Shown: piece after piece, positions 51,637 through 60,100 of the stretch | How the letters are laid out: each line of letters begins with the position of its first letter | Numbering within the stretch: the stretch's first letter is position 1 | Source of the DNA: an uncultured Methanosarcinales archaeon | Lineage (GTDB): Archaea > Nanobdellota > Nanobdellia > Woesearchaeales > 21-14-0-10-32-9 | DNA: 64,000 bases | Assembly (NCBI GenBank): GCA_964501945.1 | Contig: CAZCTY010000002.1 | Location: 2,541-66,540, forward strand | Direction of reading: 5' to 3' | Position numbers and translations under genes: made by a program | Notes under the pieces: model-generated | Seen by the model: the letters and a program-made list of their open reading frames with translations, nothing else | What the model was told of the DNA's origin: nothing | Database searches by the model: none

Positions 51637-51996
51637 TTACCTCCTATTACTCCTAGGTTCATCTCTGGCTTTGTTTACAGAGCCAGAAACCTTATTTGTT
51701 TTAAGTATTACCTTATTCGAGCCAAGCTCGTCTATAAAAAGAAGAGATGCTTTTACACGATCAAGATATTTTGCAGACACCCTGATCATAGCTTTATCAT
51801 CTTTAAAGTCAAGAGGAATGATTCCTGCACCTGCAGCATCAAAAATTCCTAGATGATAATTAATTTTTTCCACGAGTTCTCGCAGAGGCCTTCCAATATA
51901 TGAACCTTTTTCTAAATTTACCAATTCTATGTTCATATACCTTTTTTTTTCTTTAATGCTAGGCATAAGACCTTTTATTCGTCTCATAATAATCAC
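51637..51996 (-). CDS. rnp2: RNase P protein component Pop5 (Rnp2)
   Basis: LMPSIKEKKRYMNIELV..GIFDAAGAGIIPLDF..AMIRVSAKYLDRVKASLLFIDEL..VSGSVNKA. First gene of the superoperon, with GGTGA 7 nt upstream of its ATG. Confidence 0.75.
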   Translation of the reverse strand: MIIMRRIKGLMPSIKEKKRYMNIELVNLEKGSYIGRPLRELVEKINYHLGIFDAAGAGIIPLDFKDDKAMIRVSAKYLDRVKASLLFIDELGSNKVILKTNKVSGSVNKARDEPRSNRR

Positions 51997-52207
51997 CTAG
52001 AAGAACCAACCCTCTCTCCATTCTTCTTCGTATATGACGGGGAAACAAAAAATCGTTTATAAAGTTTTGTTTTTAATAGAATAATAAATGTTTTTTAGTT
52101 ATTGCTGAGTAATAAATATTATAAATGGAGAGTGATTTCTTAACACATAAAGCTTACACAAAAACTGTTGTGATTTAATTCAATTAATTTAAGTGAGAGG
52201 TCAATAC

Positions 52208-53332
52208 ATGAAGCTTAGACACAGAGAAATAGTTAATTCAGCGTGCATTTCAGCACTCCTAGTTATTAATGCAGCGAATTTTACAGAAGGAGATGAGCCT
52301 AGCTTGAAGTATTTGAGAAATGCAAAGAATACTTTAGAGACTGCTGTGAATAAAATGCCGAATTTTAGTGAAGGTTTTAAGAGAACATCTGATTTTTTTT
52401 TAAAAACGAAAGATAAATTAAAAGATGTCGCGAGTAGAATTGATTTTGGCCAAGATACAGATGAGGAATATTTTGAAAACGATAGCTTTGATTATGAAGC
52501 TTTGATTAATCGCGCATTAAAAAGCGATGAACATAACCTTGTTGATTCTGTTATAAAATTTGTTCCAAAAGATTTCCTTAGAGAATACATAGATAATGAA
52601 GCAAAAAATAGCAATCCTAATTATAATCGCTTAATGCTCGCATCAAGAACAGGCGAGGAAATTAGAGATAAGCGATTTAATAGCGGAAGAAATTTTAATG
52701 AATCACTTAGAAATATGGCCGCGAGTGCGAATGTTAGACCTGGATCTTTTGGAAGCCGAGGAGAACTTAAAGAATTTTTAGATTTGTATAAAGATGATTT
52801 CGTAGAGGTTGCAAAAGAGTATGATTTAAATCCTTCTCTGCTCGCAAGCATTGCAAGCGTTGAGAGTCGAGGAAGAACGTTTACAATTTCAAATACAGGA
52901 GCACTCGGAGCGTTTGGACAGACAAGCTATGCATATATGCCTCAAACTAATTGGTTTGATGGAAATGGACGAGATGCAATAAATCCTTTTCATACATTAG
53001 AGGCCATGGATAGAGCCGGCGATATGATTAGAGGATTAATTGATTTATATGCACGAGTTGATGATGAACACCACACATTAGCATTAACAACATACAATCA
53101 AGGAGAAGCCGTTGTTAATAGAGCCATAAGATTGGCAAGACAAGAAGGCATTTTTGAACCTAAAAAAATAATTCAACACACAAATAATACAAGACGAGAT
53201 AGAAATATTTTTTCAATCGCAACACGTGAGGGAAGAAATTACTCCGCGCATATTCAAAGAGAAAATGTTATTATGAGCGAGTATTTTAATACTCAATTTG
53301 ATAATCTTGCAAATACTCATTCATATGAATAG
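52208..53332 (+). CDS. SLT-domain (GH23) lytic transglycosylase with an N-terminal region of about 200 aa of unknown function
   Basis: LLASIASVESRGRTFTISNTGALGAFGQTS (E-S...S..GA.G..Q signature) and LTTYNQGEAVVNRAI (AYNxG motif). The ATG at 52208 has a GAGAGG RBS upstream. The track ORF starts at GTG 52193. Weak hydrophobic N-terminus ACISALLVINAANF. Confidence 0.75.
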   Translation: MKLRHREIVNSACISALLVINAANFTEGDEPSLKYLRNAKNTLETAVNKMPNFSEGFKRTSDFFLKTKDKLKDVASRIDFGQDTDEEYFENDSFDYEALINRALKSDEHNLVDSVIKFVPKDFLREYIDNEAKNSNPNYNRLMLASRTGEEIRDKRFNSGRNFNESLRNMAASANVRPGSFGSRGELKEFLDLYKDDFVEVAKEYDLNPSLLASIASVESRGRTFTISNTGALGAFGQTSYAYMPQTNWFDGNGRDAINPFHTLEAMDRAGDMIRGLIDLYARVDDEHHTLALTTYNQGEAVVNRAIRLARQEGIFEPKKIIQHTNNTRRDRNIFSIATREGRNYSAHIQRENVIMSEYFNTQFDNLANTHSYE

Positions 53333-53381
53333 AAAACAATAAAAATGAGAAGAACAATACATAAGTATATAGGTGATTTAT

Positions 53382-54050
53382 ATGAGTAAAAAAATACCTA
53401 AGCCCTTAGAGGAGATGATTAGTAGAGCAGAAGCATTAGATGTATATACATTCGCACTCAACCACAGACATGAAGACTTCATTATAAACCCAAAGCAAGA
53501 ACTCATTAAAGAAAAAGGACTTGACGCTGCAAGAGCTTATGTTAAAACAGTAGAAGGCCGAGAAGATTACGGTAAACGAGGAGCTGATAAGCTTAAAGAG
53601 ATTTTTTTTGAAGAGTTTAATGTTGATAAAAGCAATTATAATAAATCAGAACTAGAAACATTAACTAAAACACTTTATGGAATGAATAAGAAAAATATTT
53701 CTGAGGCAGTTGCAAGACACGGCTTAGAATTAGATGTTGAAACGTATAAAGAAGAATTTTTAGGCAATCATTTAAGCCAAATTAAACAATATGTTGTAAA
53801 TCACCACATAAAAAATTATGATGCAGAACACAACCCTGCAATACTTGACCACATATTACATGAAAATCATAAAACATATTTTAGAGAAGACGTATTACCC
53901 GAGCTTAAAACTGATCGCGCGAAAGATTATGTAGTCAACTCTTTTTTAAGATGGAAACTTGAAAAAAAGCAACAATCACCCCTAGGAGTTAAGGACATAA
54001 AAGATACGGGGTTTTCTGAGTATTTGAAAAAAGAATACTTGAAACAATAA
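53382..54050 (+). CDS. hypothetical protein, paralogue A (no signal peptide)
   Basis: The ATG at 53382 has AGGTGA upstream (the track start GTG 53373 lies inside that RBS). It shares a QELIKEKGLDAARAY motif with the next gene. Confidence 0.45.
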   Translation: MSKKIPKPLEEMISRAEALDVYTFALNHRHEDFIINPKQELIKEKGLDAARAYVKTVEGREDYGKRGADKLKEIFFEEFNVDKSNYNKSELETLTKTLYGMNKKNISEAVARHGLELDVETYKEEFLGNHLSQIKQYVVNHHIKNYDAEHNPAILDHILHENHKTYFREDVLPELKTDRAKDYVVNSFLRWKLEKKQQSPLGVKDIKDTGFSEYLKKEYLKQ

Positions 54051-54200
54051 CCTTTTTTTCTTTGAAAAACAACCTAAAATGAATGTTTTTGTCACTTAAA
54101 AGTGAATAAAAGCGAAACATTTATATAGTTTGAGTACTTAATAGTAGTATAAAGATAAGATTTTTTTAGATAAACAATCTAAAAAAACGAGGTAAAAAAA

Positions 54201-54845
54201 ATGTCAGATAAAAAAGATGAACCAACACCAGCCGAAAAGGCACAAAAGAAAATAGTCAAAGGATACAATGAAACAGTCCCAGGCGCAGTATTAGATTTTA
54301 AACACAAACAAGAAAAAGTACCCTACGATATCAGAGAACAGTTAATAAAAGATAAAGGCGCACCTGGAGCAGCAAAGTTCCTAAATACCGAAGATGGACA
54401 AAAATACATGATAGAACACCTAAAAGCAGGAAGCGAAAAAGTAGGATATGAAAGCCTGAAAAAAATAGGAAAAGTAGACGACTACTTAGCTGCACAATTC
54501 ATGGGAAACTTCATGCTAAACCAACAAGCACTAGCACAAGAAGTAGGCAGAAACGGATCACAATTCGACGGCGGAAATTACATGAAAGTACTACAACCAA
54601 ACATAGGAAACGTACAAGAAGGAGCTTTACTTAGAGTTGCAAACAGTTACGACCCAAAACTATCATCAGAATTACTTAAGAAAACAGGCACAGCAAAGTA
54701 CATGAAAGATACAAAAGACGTAAGCCCAACACAAGTAACACAAATAGTAGGTCTTGATGAAGGTGGAAAAAACCCACAAGGACCAAGCACACTAAGACAA
54801 CTAGGACTTGAAGATAAATTAAACGAAAAATACAGATTAAACTAA
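54201..54845 (+). CDS. hypothetical protein, paralogue B (no signal peptide)
   Basis: GAGGT RBS 9 nt upstream. EQLIKDKGAPGAAKF aligns with paralogue A, and the two are similar in length. Confidence 0.45.
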   Translation: MSDKKDEPTPAEKAQKKIVKGYNETVPGAVLDFKHKQEKVPYDIREQLIKDKGAPGAAKFLNTEDGQKYMIEHLKAGSEKVGYESLKKIGKVDDYLAAQFMGNFMLNQQALAQEVGRNGSQFDGGNYMKVLQPNIGNVQEGALLRVANSYDPKLSSELLKKTGTAKYMKDTKDVSPTQVTQIVGLDEGGKNPQGPSTLRQLGLEDKLNEKYRLN

Positions 54846-54852
54846 ACTGACT

Positions 54853-54942
54853 AAAAAAAAACCTTTTTTATTTTTTTTATTTAATTTAATTTTTTAGTAT
54901 AAAATATTTCTATTACAAAAAAAAAGATAAAGCAAAAAAAAG
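54853..54942. terminator. convergent intergenic region with oligo-T runs on both strands
   Basis: T6 (54864-54869) and T8 (54871-54878) follow the plus-strand gene. A9 and A8 runs (T-runs on the minus strand) lie at 54913-54940, downstream of the 733-aa gene. Confidence 0.35.
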
Positions 54943-57144
54943 TTAAGATTTAGACACAGTGAATGTTTGAGGATACCTTTTAGATGCATTGTTTACCAAA
55001 TCAAACACTTCCAAATCTTGATGAAGCAACAATTCCTGATAATCATAAGACGGATAGACAACATCAAAATAATCTACAGATAACAAATCATCTTTAGATA
55101 TGTTAAAAGTAAATTCATCCCTCAATTCCATGAACCCAAGAACTAAAGATTCATTAAAAACAATCTTTTCTAAGAAAACTTCCTCATCATCAACAAATAA
55201 GCCACTAATAAAACCATCAGGACCAACTTCATAAGTCTGATTTTCAATTACCCAAGGCTCATCTAAATCTAAAGAACTAACAACTTGAACGTTATACCTA
55301 CCCGGGACAAACCCCACAACATCAGACTCATGAGGCGCTTCAAAATCAACAACCCTAAAAAACTCAGAATCACCAGGCTCTTGAACCCTACTAAAAATAA
55401 CAACAACAGATTCATCATCATAAGGCAAATGCGTAGACTCACTCAACGCAACAGACCACTCCCTTGAAAAATCAGGCTCATCAGGAAGAGGATAAAGACC
55501 TAATTGAGGAGAGAATCTTAAAGTTCCAACACTAACCTCAACTTCTCTTTCAGGATAAACCTCAAAATCAACTTCAACAACGCCATCATCAACAATAAAG
55601 TCTTTAGTAACAGGAGATGCGAAGTAAGAATAATCATTAATAGATAAAGTGCCCCCAATACAAGGAGGAACATAAGTTTCAACATATACTTCATCCTCAT
55701 CTAATACCTCAAGATAAATAGATTCAGAACCACAACTATACTGAACAGATAAATCATAAACAGGATCAGATGTGTACGCATCAAATAAATTAATCCTAAC
55801 AGGAACAGTCCTCTGATCAACCGCTCCAAAACCACTCTCAAAGACATCATCCTCATCAAAATCAAACTCAGGGAAATCATCAAGCAAAGAAACCCTAGGC
55901 TCATTATTAACCAGATTAACAGTTACAGGGAATTGAAAAAAGAAACCATCCCCACCAAAAGAATCAGATTCTTCTAAAGTTATAAGAATAGGATAAACTA
56001 AGTCATAAGCATACTCATAACGCGTAACCCCAACCTCACCAATTAAAGGCATATCAACAGAACTACCCGCGTCCCTAACAGGACCAACCATGTCCCCCGA
56101 ACTTGGAAGAATATCTAAAAACATAGGCCACGAGCTAAAGAAATTAAACCTTACTTTAGTACTCTCAAGAACCTCAGGCTCAACTAATTCCAAAGGAAAT
56201 TGAAACTGAGAATAAATACCATCCAAATAAGGATTTTGCGTCATAGGAACATAAGAATCCCTCGAACCCCTAATTTGAAAATAAGGAACAGTCTCTTGAA
56301 GAGTTTGTTTTAACTCTTCCTCAACTGATGATATAGACCAAAACCTAAAGGAAGGCCCCATCTCAACATCAGGAGAGATAGGAGGAATATCAGCATCCTT
56401 GCCACCCATACTCAAAATAGATAAAATGAGACGAGTAGATTTTTCTAAGAAAGGCTCCTCATCTAAGAACTGAGTTTGAAGAGCAATTTGAGACGCTAAT
56501 TCATAAACATCCCTAAAACGAACATCAACAGTATTACTAAAACGACTAATAGATGAATCAAGGCCAGACGGAAATACAATAGATAAAGGATAATTTAAAC
56601 CAATGAAAACATCATCATCCCTAAAACGAACATCCGCAGACGGCTCTGCAGGAATAACCTCAAAGTCCTCATAATCCTCAAAATTATTAACACACTCCAA
56701 AATATTTTGCTCAACGTAATTACCAACCTGATACGCAATAGAACCACGACCACCAGATAGAGGAGGCACATTAAAAACATAAGAACTACCCTCATCCCTA
56801 GGAGAACCATCAAAATACAACCAAAAAGGCAAAACCCTATCACTACCCTCAAATATTTCTAAACCGGTATTCAAATAAGCAGGCTCATAACCATACATAA
56901 CATTACTCGCATCAGAAAAACCACCAGACCTACCAAGATCTTCAAGTACTTCACGACCAAGATCAGCAATACAATGATTAACACTATTCACCAAAGGCTG
57001 CAATTGAGCATCAACATCCTCAGAGAATTCATCTTCAACATCTAAATCAGGATCAACTTGAAAGATAAAAAAGAAAGCAATAAATGCTAAAATAAATACA
57101 ATCAAACCCAAAATGACAAATATAGTAACCTGACCTTTTTTCAT
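54943..57144 (-). CDS. 733-aa acidic, Lys-poor surface protein with an archaeal class III (type IV pilin-like) signal peptide
   Basis: The N-terminus MKKGQVTIFVILGLIVFILAFIAFFFIF has a basic n-region, Gly at -1, Gln at +1 and a long hydrophobic stretch. The ATG lies 2 nt after the upstream gene's stop, with GGTGGGGG inside the upstream gene's last codons. Confidence 0.6.
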   Translation of the reverse strand: MKKGQVTIFVILGLIVFILAFIAFFFIFQVDPDLDVEDEFSEDVDAQLQPLVNSVNHCIADLGREVLEDLGRSGGFSDASNVMYGYEPAYLNTGLEIFEGSDRVLPFWLYFDGSPRDEGSSYVFNVPPLSGGRGSIAYQVGNYVEQNILECVNNFEDYEDFEVIPAEPSADVRFRDDDVFIGLNYPLSIVFPSGLDSSISRFSNTVDVRFRDVYELASQIALQTQFLDEEPFLEKSTRLILSILSMGGKDADIPPISPDVEMGPSFRFWSISSVEEELKQTLQETVPYFQIRGSRDSYVPMTQNPYLDGIYSQFQFPLELVEPEVLESTKVRFNFFSSWPMFLDILPSSGDMVGPVRDAGSSVDMPLIGEVGVTRYEYAYDLVYPILITLEESDSFGGDGFFFQFPVTVNLVNNEPRVSLLDDFPEFDFDEDDVFESGFGAVDQRTVPVRINLFDAYTSDPVYDLSVQYSCGSESIYLEVLDEDEVYVETYVPPCIGGTLSINDYSYFASPVTKDFIVDDGVVEVDFEVYPEREVEVSVGTLRFSPQLGLYPLPDEPDFSREWSVALSESTHLPYDDESVVVIFSRVQEPGDSEFFRVVDFEAPHESDVVGFVPGRYNVQVVSSLDLDEPWVIENQTYEVGPDGFISGLFVDDEEVFLEKIVFNESLVLGFMELRDEFTFNISKDDLLSVDYFDVVYPSYDYQELLLHQDLEVFDLVNNASKRYPQTFTVSKS

Positions 57145-57146
57145 TA

Positions 57147-60100
57147 CTACTCAACCCCCACCCTTTGACAAAGCCTATTATCTCTAACACTTACAGCGTG
57201 AAAATAATCAGACAACCTATTAGTTTCAAATTCAATACAAAACTTCTCATAAACCCTCTCAGAACTGAAATCAGAAGGATTACTAAAACCACCAAAACTA
57301 ACCCTAGTGTTAGCCCCAGAAATTAAAATATCATCTCCTGCGACATTATTAGTGTAATCGTGCTCCCTACCAGAAGAATCATACGCAACGAGCCTAAACC
57401 TCAAGCCCTCAAGCTGAGCCTCCACCCCACCTTGAATCCAATAATCATAAAAACCTAATTCATCAGGAGAAGAAGTCCTCCTCGCAGCAATGAAAGCACC
57501 AGGCCTAGTACCACCACCAGCCCTAGTAGTAATAGAACCAGACGCACCCGCAGGAGGCGCAACAGGCTCATTGAAAGAATCATCACAAAAAGCCCTCTCA
57601 GGCTCAGTCACATAATCTAAAGACATAGCCAACTGACCCATAGCAGTATCATCCCTCCACTCACGATTATCAATACCAACAATGTCCGCTGCAATAGATA
57701 ATCCAAGCGCGCCCTCACGCATACGACCAAAAGAAGACATAGACTCATAACGCTCAGCTTGCTCAGCCATGTATTCATTAAACGCAATTTTTATACCATC
57801 CATAGCCTCACCAAACCAAGACCTACTACCCTCAGTTATCTCATCATTCATAGCACGCCTAAGCTGCCTACGATTAAGATCGTCAATATCATCAATATTA
57901 TTATCATCTAAAAGCTCTCGAATAAATTCCTCACTATACCCCGTTTCTCTTGAAATAATGTTCCAATCCAAATCATTTAAAGAATCCCTACGCCCCGCAT
58001 AATTATCTAAGACATCAAATACAGGCTGAAGCTCATCACGCCTATTTTGCTCATTAGTCAAACGCCTCGCCTTCTCCCACCTAATCTCAGCAGCCCTAAC
58101 CGCATAATCATACGCGACCTCGTTTTCAGCATAATAAGCAGCATAATACTCATTTATGTACTCCTTCATAATATCCTCGGCATTGTTATCTGCCAATAAA
58201 CCTAAAAAGCCCATTTCATCAGGCATCGAACCAAGATTAGCCTCAGCTTCATCTAAAAAATTATTTAACTCATCAAGCTCATTTTCTAATCTTTCACGAG
58301 TACCACTATCTAAAGCCTCCCAATCAGTTTCCTCTAACTCATATTGTATTGCAGATAACACACCAATATAAACAGGATCATAACTATCTAAAGCATCTAA
58401 ATCATCAAAAGCATTTTGCAAAGCTTCCTTTCGAACACCATCTACACCTTCCCAATCAGTATTCTCCAATTCATCACGAATAGCACCCATCCTCATAGAC
58501 GTATCTATATAAAATTGATCTAAAATTTCTCTTCGCTCACCCGCTAAATCAGTTAAACTATCATAACGAGAATCTAAGACATAACCCATTTGATTACCTT
58601 CAGGACCATAAACTAATAACTGCCTACCAATATCCACAGTATCCTCAGAAGTCATAATTGTCCTACCAATGAGCTGATCATCACCATCATATATGTAACA
58701 AGTATTACCCGTACACATAGCCCTATCCCCACCATCACCAAGAGGCATCTCCGTAGGTTCATATTCATCAAGGAATGTTTCTCTACCATAACCAAAACCT
58801 TCACGCTGAGCATCCATCTCCCAATTCCTCTGAATCATACCAATCGCACCAGTTAAAGCAGGAGAACACCTATCTTTAACATCATCACTCATACCAAAAC
58901 CCATCATTAATTGATCAACTGTACTTCTAATACGCTGATATTGAACAGGCAAACTCATAGCAGTTTGAGCAACAACACAAGCCCCATGAGCACTCGCAGA
59001 ACCAGTAGATAATAACCTACAAGCATAAGGGATCGCCCCACCAAGAAGAGCTGCAGGATCACGAATCATATTTTGAACGTCTTGCGCCGCATTAGTAAAC
59101 ATGTTAGTGAAAGGTAAAGCATACAAAACATTACCCGCCGTTCTAATACAATGATCATAACCACGATTACGCTCACAATGCTCAACAGATAAACCCATAG
59201 TACTAACACCTTCATTTAAACAAAGAGCATAATTACACTCAATACCCTGAGCAACCCTCCTATGATAAACAAAAGCAGGAAGACACATAGTCGCAACAGC
59301 CACATATTCACTCTTATATGGATTAAATAACTCCCTACTAGACATACTAAGATTACTCGCTATATCATCAACCCTCAAAGTCTCTCTTAAATCACCAAGA
59401 CCAATAGTGTCACTGTAAAAAGAATCAACCCAAGAAGATTCACACGCAATCGCCTCACACACAGGAACACCCAACTCAGCTAAAGTACCATAAGTCTCAT
59501 CTAACCCCGCAGTAACCGGCTGAAGAGTTTGACCTAAAGGCGCACCAACAACAGATGCCTCCGCGGCGGCCTGAGTCGCACCAAGCGCACCCCTAGCAGT
59601 ATCTGCTGAATGAGTAGCCCTACAAAGACCTTGAATCATATTAAGCGATTGCTCTAAACCATCAAGACGCCTATCAGTACGCTCAACACGCTCATTAACA
59701 GCATCAATTGTTTCATAAATTTTCTCATCAAGAGTGTAACCTTCTTCTAAATCAAATTTAACAGTGAAGTTTTTTTGCTCAGGAATCGCATAAAAATAAC
59801 CAAGATCAACAGACCTCAAATCTAAGCCACAATTAAATTCCAAAGTATCATAATCAGCATAACGATGATCATCACGAATAGTAAGACCAGCCCCCCTAAG
59901 TGTTAAACGAAGATACGCCACGTTAGATTCCTTATTAACATCTAATAACCTCAAATTAGAAACATCCCCCCTACGACCAGTTTCATTCTCAACAACAGGC
60001 AAACACCTAAAATTAGAAATATCAACAGATACCAAATCAGCATCCCCAATTAATTCAACTTCAAGGAAAATATCCCTACTATAAGCCAAGTTCCTAATCG

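Noticed and set aside
51997-52192. Possible ncRNA in the 196-nt gap between pop5 and the SLT gene
   Set aside because: The only GC-richer part (52000-52050) is the pop5 5' leader with its RBS. The rest is AT-rich with TATA-like runs, consistent with a divergent promoter region.
55285-56852. Several 60-85-aa Leu-rich ORFs inside the 733-aa gene, and similar ones at 57769-60549 inside the 1350-aa gene
   Set aside because: They are off-frame or antisense products of long GC-richer genes. They have no RBS, are monotonous in composition, and are fully nested.
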